Assembly (NCBI RefSeq): GCF_964355755.1 | Contig: NC_092679.1 | Span: forward strand, 4,432,201 to 4,496,200 | Reading direction: 5' to 3' | Length of the DNA: 64,000 nucleotides | From: Antedon mediterranea | Taxonomy: Eukaryota > Animalia > Echinodermata | Shown here: piece by piece, positions 15,001 to 26,340 of the stretch | Layout of the letters: every line of letters begins with the position of its first letter | How positions within the stretch are numbered: position 1 is the first letter of the stretch | The notes under the pieces: model-generated | The model's input: the letters and a program-made list of their open reading frames with translations, nothing else | Databases searched by the model: none | What the model was told of the DNA's origin: nothing | Position numbers and translations under genes: made by a program

Positions 15001-18000
15001 AGTCAGTCAGTCAGTCAATCGCCTCAGTCAGTCAATCACCTAAGTCAGTCAATCGCCTAAGTCAGTCAGTCCGTCAATCGCCTAAGTCAGTCAGTCAATC
15101 GCCTAAGTCAGTCAGTCAATTTCATTTCATTCATTTCATTTCATTTATTTTATCTCATAAAAATCAATCGCCTAAGTCAGTCAATCGCCTAAGTCAGTCA
15201 GTCAATTTCTTTTCATTCATTTCATTTCATTTATTTTGTCTCATAAAAATCAATCGCCTAAGTCAGTCAATTGCCTAAGTCAGTCAATCAGTCAATTGCC
15301 TAAGTCAGTCTGTCAATCGCCTAAGTCAGTCAGTCAATCGCCTAAGTCAGTCAGTCAATTTCATTTCATTCATTTCATTTCATTTATTTGGTCTCATAAA
15401 AATCAATCGCCTAAGTCAGTCAATTGCCTAAGTCAGTCAATCGGTCAATTGCCTAAGTCAGTCAGTCAGTCAATCGCCTAAGTCAGTCAGTCAATCGCCT
15501 CAGTCAGTCAATCACCTAAGTCAGTCAATCGCCTAAGTCAGTCAGTCCGTCAATCGCCTAAGTCAGTCAGTCAGTCAATCAATCACCTAAGTCAGTCAGT
15601 CCGTCAATCGCCTAAGTCAGTCAGTCAGTCAATCAATCGCCTAAGTCAGTCAGTCAGTCAATCGCCTCAGTCAGTCAATCACCTAAGTCAGTCAATCGCC
15701 TAAGTCAGTCAGTCAGTCAATCAATCGCCTCAGTCAGTCAATCGCCTAAGTCAGTCAATCGCCTAAGTCAGTCAGTCAGTCAATCTCCTCAGTCAGTCAA
15801 TCGCCTAAGTCAGTCAGTCAATCGCCTCGGTCAGTCAATCGCCTAAGTCAGTCAGTCAATCGCCTAAGTCAGTCAGTCAATCGCCTAAGTCAGTCAGTCA
15901 ATTTCATTTCATTCATTTCATTTCATTTATTTTGTCTCATAAAAATCAATCGCCTCGGTCAGTCAATCGCCTAAGTCAGTCAGTCAATTTCTTTTCATTC
16001 ATTTCATTTCATTTATTTTGTCTCATAAAAATCAATCGCCTAAGTCAGTCAATTGCCTAAGTCAGTCAATCAGTAAATTGCCTAAGTCAGTCTGTCAATC
16101 GCCTAAGTCAGTCAGTCAATCGCCTAAGTCAGTCAGTCAATTTCATTTCATTCATTTCATTTCATTTTTTTGGTCTCATAAAAATCAATCGCCTAAGTCA
16201 GTCAATTGCCTAAGTCAGCCAATCGGTCAATTGCCTAAGTCAGTCAGTCAATCGCCTAAGTCAGTAAGTCAATCGCCTAAGTCAGTCAGACAATCGCCTG
16301 AGTCAGTCAGTCAATCGCCTAAGTCAGTCAGTCCGTCAATCGCCTAAGTCAGTCAGTCAGTCAATCAATCACCTAAGTCAGTCAGTCCGTCAATCGCCTC
16401 AGTCAGTCAGTCAGTCAATCAATCGCCTAAGTCAGTCAGTCAGTCAATCGCCTCAGTCAGTCAATCACCTAAGTCAGTTAATCGCCTAAGACAGTCAGTC
16501 AGTCAATCAATCGCCTAAGTCAGTCAGTCAGTCAATCGCCTCAGTCAGTCAATCACCTAAGTCAGTCAGTCAGTCAATCAATTGCCTCAGTCAGTCAATT
16601 GCCTAAGTCAGTCAGTCAGTCAATCTCCTCAGTCAGTCAATCGCCTAAGTCAGTCAGTCAATCGCCTCGGTCATCCAATCGCCTAAGTCAGTCAGTCAAT
16701 CGCCTAAGTCAGTCAGTCAATCGCCTAAGTCAGTCAGTCAATTTCATTTCATTCATTTCATTTCATTTATTTTGTCTCATAAAAATCAATCACCTAAGTC
16801 AGTCAATTGCCTAAGTCAGTCAATCGGTCAATTGCCTAAGTCAGTCAGTCAGTCAATCGCCTAAGTCAGTCAGTCAATCGTCTAAGTCAGTCAGTCAATC
16901 GCCTGAGTCAGTCAGTCAATCGCCTAAGTCAGTCAGTCCGTCAATCGCCTAAGTCAGTCAGTCAGTCAATCAATCACCTAAGTCAGTCAGTCCGTCAATC
17001 GCCTAAGTCAGTCAGTCAGTCAATCAATCGCCTAAGTCAGTCAGTCAGTCAATCGCCTCAGTCAGTCAATCACCTAAGTCAGTCAATCGCCTAAGTCAGT
17101 CAGTCCGTCAATCGCCTAAGTCAGTCAGTCAATCGCCTAAGTCAGTCAGTCAATTTCATTTCATTTCATTTATTTTATCTCATAAAAATCAATCGCCTAA
17201 GTCAGTCAATCGCCTAAGTCAGTCAGTCAATTTCTTTTCATTCATTTCATTTCATTTATTTTGTCTCATAAAAATCAATCGCCTAAGTCAGTCAATTGCC
17301 TAAGTCAGTCAATCAGTCAATTGCCTAAGTCAGTCTGTCAATCGCCTAAGTCAGTCAGTCAATCGCCTAAGTCAGTCAGTCAATTTCATTTCATTCATTT
17401 CGTTTCATTTATTTGGTCTCATAAAAATCAATCGCCTAAGTCAGTCAATTGCCTAAGTCAGTCAATCGGTCAATTGCCTAAGTCAGTCAGTCAGTCAATC
17501 GCCTAAGTCAGTCAGTCAATCGCCTCAGTCAGTCAATCACCTAAGTCAGTCAATCGCCTAAGTCAGTCAGTCCGTCAATCGCCTAAGTCAGTCAGTCAGT
17601 CAATCAATCACCTAAGTCAGTCAGTCCGTCAATCGCCTAAGTCAGTCAGTCAGTCAATCAATCGCCTAAGTCAGTCAGTCAGTCAATCGCCTCAGTCAGT
17701 CAATCACCTAAGTCAGTCAATCGCCTAAGTCAGTCAGTCAGTCAATCAATCGCCTCAGTCAGTCAATCGCCTAAGTCAGTCAATCGCCTAAGTCAGTCAG
17801 TCAGTCAATCTCCTCAGTCAGTCAATCGCCTAAGTCAGTCAGTCAATCGCCTCGGTCATTCAATCGCCTAAGTCAGTCAGTCAATCGCCTAAGTCAGTCA
17901 GTCAATCGCCTAAGTCAGTCAGTCAATTTCATTTCATTCATTTCATTTCATTTATTTTGTCTCATAAAAATCAATCGCCTCGGTCAGTCAATCGCCTAAG

Positions 18001-20352
18001 TCAGTCAGTCAATTTCTTTTCATTCATTTCATTTCATTTATTTTGTCTCATAAAAATCAATCGCCTAAGTCAGTCAATTGCCTAAGTCAGTCAATCAGTA
18101 AATTGCCTAAGTCAGTCTGTCAATCGCCTAAATCAGTCAGTCAATCGCCTAAGTCAGTCAGTCAATTTCATTTCATTCATTTCATTTCATTTATTTGGTC
18201 TCATAAAAATCAATCGCCTAAGTCAGTCAATTGCCTAAGTCAGCCAATCGGTCAATTGCCTAAGTCAGTCAGTCAATCGCCTAAGTCAGTAAGTCAATCG
18301 CCTAAGTCAGTCAGACAATCGCCTGAGTCAGTCAGTCAATCGCCTAAGTCAGTCAGTCCGTCAATCGCCTAAGTCAGTCAGTCAGTCAATCAATCACCTA
18401 AGTCAGTCAGTCCGTCAATCGCCTCAGTCAGTCAGTCAGTCAATCAATCGCCTAAGTCAGTCAGTCAGTCAATCGCCTCAGTCAGTCAATCACCTAAGTC
18501 AGTTAATCGCCTAAGACAGTCAGTCAGTCAATCAATCGCCTAAGTCAGTCAGTCAATCAATCGCCTCAGTCAGTCAATTGCCTAAGTCAGTCAGTCAGTT
18601 AATCTCCTCAGTCAGTCAATCGCCTAAGTCAGTCAGTCAATCGCCTCGGTCATCCAATCGCCTAAGTCAGTCAGTCAATCGCCTAAGTCAGTCAGTCAAT
18701 CGCCTAAGTCAGTCAGTCAATTTCATTTCATTCATTTCATTTCATTTATTTTGTCTCATAAAAATCAATCGCCTAAGTCAGTCAATTGCCTAAGTCAGTC
18801 AATCGGTCAATTGCCTAAGTCAGTCAGTCAATCGCCAAAGTCAGTCAGTCAATCGCCTAAGTCAGTCAGTCAATCGCCTGAGTCAGTCAGTCAATCGCCT
18901 AAGTCAGTCAGTCCGTCAATCGCCTAAGTCAGTCAGTCAGTCAATCAATCACCTAAGTCAGTCAGTCCGTCAATCGCCTAGGTCAGTCAGTCAATCAATC
19001 GCCTAAGTCAGTCAGTCAGTCAATCGCCTCAGTCAGTCAATCACCTAAGTCAGTCAATCGCCTAAGTCAGTCAGTCAGTCAATCAATCGCCTCAGTCAGT
19101 CAATCGCCTAAGTCAGTCAATCGCCTCAGTCAGTCAGTCAGTCAATCAATCTCCTCAGTCAGTCAATCGCCTAAGTCAGTCAGTCAGTCAATCTCCTCAG
19201 TCAGTCAATCGCCTAAGTCAGTCAGTCAATCGCCTAAGTCAGTCAGTCAATCGCCTAAGTCAGTCAGTCAATCGCCTAAGTCAGTCAGTCAATCGCCTAA
19301 GTCAGTCAGTCAATTTCATTTCATTCATTTCATTTCATTTATTTTGTCTCATAAAAATCAATCGCCTAAGTCAGTCAATCGCCTAAGTCAGTCAGTCAAT
19401 TTCTTTTCATTCATTTCATTTCATTTATTTTGTCTCATAAAAATCAATCACCTAAGTCAGTCAATTGCCTAAGTCAGTCAATCAGTCAATTGCCTAAGTC
19501 AGTCTGTCAATCGCCTAAGTCAGTCAGTCAATCGCCTAAGTCAGTCAGTCAATTTCATTTCATTCATTTCATTTCATTTATTTGGTCTCATAAAAATCAA
19601 TCGCCTAAGTCAGTCAATTGCCTAAGTCAGTCAATCGGTCAATTGCCTAAGTCAGTCAGTCAATCGCCTAAGTCAGTCAGTCAATTTTATTTCATTCATT
19701 TCATTTCATTTATTTGGTCTCATAAAAATCAATCGCCTAAGTCAGTCAATTGCCTAAGTCAGTCAATCGGTCAATTGCCTAAGTCCGTCAGTCAATCGCC
19801 TAAGTCAGTCAGTCAATCGCCTAAGTCAGTCAGTCAATCGCCTGAGTCAGTCAGTCAATCGCCTAAGTCAGTCAGTCCGTCAATCGCCTAAGTCAGTCAG
19901 TCAGTCAATCACCTAAGTCAGTCAGTCCGTCAATCGCCTAAGTCAGTCAGTCAGTCAATCAATCGCCTAAGTCAGTCAGTCAGTCAATCGCCTCAGTCAG
20001 TCAATCACCTAAGTCAGTCAATCGCCTAAGTCAGTCAGTCAGTCAATCAATCGCCTAAGTCAGTCAGTCAGTCAATCACCTCAGTCAGTCAATCACCTAA
20101 GTCAGTCAATCGCCTAAGTCAGTCAGTAAGTCAATGGCCTAAGTCTGTTAATCGCCTAAGTCAGTCAGTAAGTCAATCGCCTAAATCAGCCAGTCAGTCA
20201 ATCGCCTCAGTCAGTCAATCGCCTAAGTCAGTCAATCGCCTAAGTCAGTCAGTCAGTCAGTCAGTCAATCGCCTCAGTCAGTCAATCGCCTAAGTCAGTC
20301 AGTAAGTCAATCGCTTCAGTCAGTCAGTCAATCGCCTAAGTCAGTCAGTCAA

Positions 20353-20454
20353 TTTCATTTTATTTCATTTCATTCATTTCATTTCATTTATTTTGTCTCA
20401 TAAAAATACAATATAAAAAAACATGGACATGAACAAGATGAGATAGGATTCCTG
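20353..20454 (-). mobile_element. Full-length insert copy 1: LINE-like 3' end (AATAAA + (TGAAA)n tail on minus strand) embedded in the satellite
   Basis: Minus strand reads CAGGAATCCTATCTCATCTTGTTCATGTCCATGTTTTTTTATATTGTATTTTTATGAGACAAAATAAATGAAATGAAATGAATGAAA. This architecture is typical of non-LTR retrotransposon 3' ends with microsatellite tails. Confidence 0.6.
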
Positions 20455-23400
20455 TCAATCGCCTAAGTGAGTCAATCGCCTAAGTCAGTCAATCAATCGC
20501 CTAAGTCAGTCAATCAGTCAATTGTCTAAGTCAATCAATTGCCTAAGTCAATCAATCAGTCAATCGCCTTAGTCAGAAAGTCAATCACCTAAGTCAGTCA
20601 ATCAATCGCTTAAGTGAGTCAGTCAATCGCCTAAGTCAGTCAGTCAATCGCCTAAGTCAGTCAGTCAATCGCCTAAGTCAGTCAGTCAATCGCCTAAGTC
20701 AGTCAATTGCCTAAGTCAGTCAATTGCCTAAGTCAGTCAGTCAGTCGCCTAAGTCAGTCAGTCAGTCGCCTAAGTCAGTCAGTCAGTCGCCTAAGTCAGT
20801 CAGTCAATCGCCTAAGTCAGTCAGTCAATCGCCTAAGTCAGTCAGTCATTCGCCTAAGTCAGTCAGTGAACCGCCTAAGTCAGTCAGTCAATCGCCTAAG
20901 TCCGTCAGTCAATCACCTAAGTCCGTCAGTCAATCGCCTAAGTCCGTCAGTCAATCACCTAAGTCAGTCAGTCGCATAAAATCAGTCAGTCAATTGCCTA
21001 AGTCAGTCAGTCAATCAGTCAATTGCCTAAGTCACTCAATCGCCTAAGTCAGTCAATCGCCTAAGTCAGTCAGTCAATCAGTCAATTGCCTAAGTCAGTC
21101 AATCGCCTAAGTCAGTCAGTCAATCGCCTAAGTCAGTCAGTCATTCGCTTAAGTCAGTCAGTCAATCGCCTAAGTCAGTGATCAGTCAATCAATCGCCTA
21201 AGTCAGTCAATCAATCAATCACCAATTTCAATTCATTCATTTCATTTCATTTATTTTGTCTCATAAAAATCAATCGCCTAAGTCAGTCAATTGCCTAAGT
21301 CAGTCAATCAGTCAGTCAATTGCCTAAGTCAGTCAATCAGTCAATTGCCTAGGTCAGTCAGTCAATCGCCTAAGTCAGTCAGTAAGTCAATCGCCTAAAT
21401 CAGTCAATCGCCTAAGTCAGTTAGTCAGTCAATCGCCTGAGTCAGTCAATCGCCTAGGTCAGTCAATCACCTAAGTCAGTCAGTCAGTCAATCAATCGCC
21501 TCAGTCAGTCAATCGCCTAAGTCAGTCAGTCAGTCAATCTCCTCAGTCAGTCAATCTCCTCAGTCAGTCAATCGCCTAAGTCAGTCAGTCAATCGCCTCG
21601 GTCAGTCAATCGCCTAAGTCATTCAGTCAATCGCCTAAGTCAGTCAGTCAATTTCATTTCATTCATTTCATTTCATTTATTTGGTCTTATAAAAATCAAT
21701 CGCCTAAGTCAGTCAATTGCCTAAGTCAGTCAATCGGTCAATTGCCTAAGTCAGTCAGTCAATCGCCTAAGTCAGTCAGTCAATCGCCTAAGTCAGTCAG
21801 TCAATCGCCTGAGTCAGTCAGTCAATCGCCTAAGTCAGTCAGTCCGTCAATCGCCTAAGTCAGTCAGTCAGTCAATCAATCACCTAAGTCAGTCAGTCCG
21901 TCAATCGCCTAAGTCAGTCAGTCAGTCAATCAATCGCCTAAGTCAGTCAGTCAGTCAATCACCTCAGTCAGTCAATCACCTAAGTCAGTCAATCGCCAAA
22001 GTCAGTCAGTCAGTCAATCAATCGCCTCAGTCAGTCAATCGCCTAAGTCAGTCAGTCAGTCAATCAATCGCCTCAGTCAGTCAATCGCCTAAGTCAGTCA
22101 GTCAGTCAATCTCTTCAGTCAGTCAATCGCCTAAGTCAGTCAGTTAATCGCCTCGGTCAGTCAATCGCCTAAGTCAGTCAGTCAATCGCCTAAGTCAGTC
22201 AGTCAATCGCCTAAGTCAGTCAGTCAATTTCATTTCATTCCTTTCATTTCATTTATTTTGTCTCATAAAAATCAATCGCCTAAGTCAGTCAATCGTCTAA
22301 GTCAGTCAGTCAATTTCTTTTCATTCATTTCATTTCATTTATTTTGTCTCATAAAAATCAATCGCCTAAGTCAGTCAATTGCCTAAGTCAGTCAATCAGT
22401 CAATTGCCTAAGTCAGTCTGTCAATCGCCTAAGTCAGTCAGTCAATCGCCTAAGTCAGTCAGTCAATTTCATTTCATTCATTTCATTTCATTTATTTGGT
22501 CTCATAAAAATCAATCGCCTAAGTCAGTCAATTGCCTAAGTCAGTCAATCGGTCAATTGCCTAAGTCAATCAGTCAATCGCCTAAGTCAGTCAGTCAATC
22601 GCCTGAGTCAGTCAGTCAATCGCCTAAGTCAGTCAGTCAATCGCCTAAGTCAGTCAGTCATTCGCCTAAGTCAGTCAGTCAATCGCCTAAGTCAGTGATC
22701 AGTCAATCAATCGCCTAAGTCAGACAATCAATCAATCGCCTAAGTCCGTCAGTCAATCACCTAAGTCAGTCAGTCAATCGCCTAAGTCAGTCAGTCAATC
22801 GCCTAAGTCAGTCACTCAATCGCCTAAGTCAGTCACTCAATCGCCTAAGTCAGTCAATCGCCTAAGTCAGTCAGTCAATCGCCTAAGTCAGTCAGTCAAT
22901 CGCCTAAGTCAGTCAGTCAATCGCCTAAGTCAGTCAGTCAATTGCCTAAGTCAGTCAGTAAGTCAATCGCCTAAGTCAGTCAATCGCCTAAGTCAGTCAG
23001 TCAGTCAATCGCCTCAGTCAGTCAATTGCCTAAGTCAGTCAGTCAATCGCCTTAAGTCAGTCAGTAAGTCAATCGCCTAAATCAGTCAGTCAGTCAATCG
23101 CCTCAGTCAGTCAATCGCCTAAGTCAGTCAGTCAATCGCCTAAGTCAGTCAGTAAGTCAATCGCCTAAATCAGTCAGTCAGTCAATCGCCTCAGTCAGTC
23201 AATCGCTTAAGTCAGTCAGTCATACAATCGCCTCAGTCAGTCAATCGCCTAAGTCAGTCAATTGCCTAAGTCAGTAAATCAGTCAATTGCCAAAGTCAGT
23301 CAGTCAATCGCCTAAGTTAGTCAGTCAATCGCCTAAGTCAGTCAGTCAATCGCCTAAGTCAGTCAGTCATTCGCCTAAGTCAGTCAGTCAATCGCCTAAG

Positions 23401-23854
23401 TCAGTCAGTCAATCAATCGCCTAAGTCAGTCAATCAATCGCCTAAGTCAGTCAGTCAATCGCCTAAGTTAGTCAGTCAATCGCCTAAGTCAGTCAGTCAA
23501 TCACCGAAGTCAGTCAGTCAATCGCCTAAGTCAGTCAGTCAATTGCCTAAGTCAGTCACTCAATCGCCTAAGTCAGTCAATCGCCTAAGTCAGTCAGTCA
23601 ATCGCCTAAGTCAGTCAGTCAATCGCCTAAGTCAGTAAGTCAATCGCCTAAGTCAGTCAATCGCCTCAGTCAGTCAATCGCCTAAGTCAGTCAATCGCCT
23701 AAGTCAGTCAGTCAATCGCCTCAGTCAGTCAATCGCCTAAGTCAGTCAGTCAATCGCCTCGGTCAGCCAATCGCCTAAGTCAGTCAGTCAATCGCCTAAG
23801 TCAGTCAGTCAATCGCCTAAGTCAGTCAGTCAATCGCCTAAGTCAGTCAGTCAA

Positions 23855-23946
23855 TTTCATTTCATTCATTTCATTTCATTTATTTTGTCTCATAAAAATA
23901 CAATATAAAAAAACATGGACATGAACAAGATGAGACAGGATTCCTG
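23855..23946 (-). mobile_element. Full-length (92 bp) insert copy 2, LINE-like 3' end
   Basis: Same sequence as copy 1. Contains the inverted repeat GACAGGA-T-TCCTGTC at 23934-23948, running directly into the satellite core. Confidence 0.6.
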
Positions 23947-25089
23947 TCAATCGCCTAAGTCACTCAATCGCCTAAGTTAGTCAATCGCCTAAGTGAGTCA
24001 GTCAATCGCCTAAGTGAGTCAGTCAATCGCCTAAGTCAGTCAGTCAATCGCCTAAGTTAGTCAATCAATCGCCTAAGTCAGTCAGTCAGTCAATCGCCTA
24101 AGTCAGTCAGTCAATCGCCTAAATCAGTCAGTCAATCGCCTAAGTCAGTCATTCAATCGCCTAAGTCAGTCAGTCAATCGCCTAAGTTAGTCAATCAGTC
24201 AATTGCCTAAGTAAATCAATCGCCTAAGTCAATAAATCATTCAATCGCCTAAGTCAATCAATTGCCTAAGTCAATCAATCAGTCAATCGCCTAAGTCAAT
24301 CAATCAGTCAATCGCCTAAGTCAGTCAATCGCCTAAGTCAGTAAATTGCCTAAGTCAGTCAATTAGGCAATTGCCTAATTCAGTCAATCGCCTAAGTCAG
24401 TCAATTGCCTAAGTCAGTAAATCAGTCAATTGCCTAAGTCAGTCAGTCAATCGCCTAAGTTAGTCAGTCAATCGCCTAAGTCAGTCAGTCAATCGCCTAA
24501 GTCAGTCAGTCATTCGCCTAAGTCAGTCAGTCAATCGCCTAAGTCAGTCAGTCAATCAATCGCCTAAGTCAGTCAATCAATCGCCTAAGTCAGTCAGTCA
24601 ATCGCCTAAGTCAGTCAGTCAATCGCCTCAGTCCGTCAGTCATTCACCTAAGTCAGTCAGTCAATCGCCTAAGTCAGTCAGTCAATCGCCTAAGTCAGTC
24701 ACTCAATCGCCTAAATCAGTCACTCAATCGCCTAAGTCACTCAATCGCCTAAGTCAGTCAATCGCCCAAGTCAGTCAGTCAATCGCCTAAGTCAGTCACT
24801 CAATCGCCTAAGTCAGTCAGTCAATCGCCTAAGTCAGTCAGTCAATCGCCTAAGTCAGTCAGTAAGTCAATCGCCTAAGTCAGTCAATCGCCTAAGTCAG
24901 CCAGTCAGTCAATCACCTCAGTCAGTCAATCGCCTAAGTCAGTCAATCGCCTAAGTCAGTCAGTCAGTCAATCGCCTCAGTCAGTCAATCGCCTAAGTCA
25001 GTCAGTCAATCGCCTCGGTCAGTCAATCGCCTAAGTCAGTCAGTCAATCGCCTAAGTCAGTCAGTCAATCGCCTAAGTCAGTCAGTCAA

Positions 25090-25172
25090 TTTCATTTCAT
25101 TTCATTTATTTTGTCTCATAAAAATACAATATAAAAAAACATGGACATGAACAAGATGAGACAGGATTCCTG
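25090..25172 (-). mobile_element. Full-length insert copy 3, LINE-like 3' end
   Basis: Same sequence with a shorter TTTCA tract; GACAGGATTCCTGTC at 25160-25174. Confidence 0.6.
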
Positions 25173-25696
25173 TCAATCGCCTAAGTCAGTCAATCGCTTA
25201 AGTGAGTCAGTCAATCGCCTAAGTCAGTCAGTCAATCGCCTAAGTCAGTCAATCAATCGCCTAAGTCAGTAAGTCAATCGCCTATGTCAGTCAGTCAATT
25301 GCTTATGTCAGTCAGTCAATCGCCTAAGTCAGTCAGTCAATCGCCTAAATCAGTCAGTCAATCGCCTAAGTCAGTCAATCAAGCGCCTAAGTCAGTCAGT
25401 CAATCGCCTATGTCAGTCAGTCAATTGCCTATGTCAGTCAGTCAATCGCCTAAGTCAGTCAGTCAATCGCCTAAATCAGTCAGTCAATCGCCTAAGTCAG
25501 TCATTCAATCGCCTAAGTCAGTCAGTCAATCGCCTAAGTCAGTCAGTCAATCGCCTAAGTCAGTCAATCAGTCAATTGCCTAAGTCAATAAATCGCCTAA
25601 GTCAATCAATCAGTCAATCGCCTAAGTCAATCAATTGCCTAAGATTGACAAATTAATTGGTCACCTTTATTTTATCAAGATAGATATGAATGTTGT

Positions 25697-25939
25697 ATGG
25701 TTATATATAAGGTTTTGACAGATAATGCCCCACCTTACCTAAATAATGTATTTACATACAATGATATAAATTATAATCTAAGGCACAGTGATACACATCT
25801 ATTCATCCCGAAGCCAAAAACCGATTTTAAAAAACGAAGTCTGTCTTATCGTGGAGCAATTATATGGAATAGTCTAAATGTTGATACCCTTCCAAATTCA
25901 GTTAAGTTGTTTAAAACGTATCTGAAAAATGCATTGTAA
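25697..25939 (+). pseudogene. LINE ORF2 C-terminal remnant (post-RT region)
   Basis: YKVL..APPYL...YNLRHS..LFIPKPKTDFKKRSLSYRGAIIWNSL...SVKLFKTYLK matches the conserved C-terminal pattern of L2/CR1-group ORF2 proteins. No RT or endonuclease lies upstream (truncated). Confidence 0.85.
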
Positions 25940-26069
25940 AACATAATGGTATGGTAATCTACGATGGTGTACATCCAACTTTTAAAATGGCTAAATACTA
26001 TATAAAATGTGTGTTTTATCACTAATTTATTTTAAGGTAAATTAAATCAAAAAGATTTATTATGTATTA

Positions 26070-26177
26070 CAGTAGAATCTCCATAAATTATACACTTCGA
26101 TAAGGGTTTCCGTTTACACGGGAAGTACCGGTATGGTGTACCCTAAATAGAGGTGTCAGATGAAGGGGATTCTGCTG
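26070..26177. mobile_element. Tc1/mariner-pogo-type MITE nested in the LINE 3' UTR
   Basis: TA|CAGTAGAATCTCC ... GGGGATTCTGCTG|TA: imperfect 13-bp TIRs starting CAG, with a TA duplication. Confidence 0.7.
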
Positions 26178-26340
26178 TAATTTTGTTTCTTTTCAATTTC
26201 AATTTTTTCGTTTCTGTCGTATTTATATGGTGTTGATTTTTTTTTTGTAATACAGTATCACGAACTTGTGTAAAAACAATCAATATTGATTGAACGAGTT
26301 GTACTGCACATCAGTCTCGTGTCTAAATAAAGTTTATATA

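Larger units (their letters stand above)
1..25643. repeat. Complex satellite array: TCAATCGCCTAAG + (TCAG)n monomers (commonly 17/21/25 bp) with periodic 44-bp TTTCA-rich inserts; open at the window's left edge
   Basis: Directly visible. The dominant 21-mer is TCAGTCAGTCAATCGCCTAAG. The insert TTTCATTTCATTCATTTCATTTCATTTATT(TTG/TGG/TTA)TCTCATAAAAA (e.g. 110-153) recurs every ~0.1-1 kb. The last core is at 25631-25643. Confidence 0.98.

Noticed and set aside
47-25583. SQSPKSV-repeat ORFs as a repetitive (SPKK/CTD-like) protein
   Set aside because: They arise from the 21-bp monomer. Starts are mostly TTG, 4-bp indels constantly break frame, and there are no splice or codon-level constraints.
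1-25643. CRISPR-like array (constant repeat with spacers)
   Set aside because: The spacers are tetramer runs or one recurring insert, not unique sequences. The context is eukaryotic and there are no cas genes.
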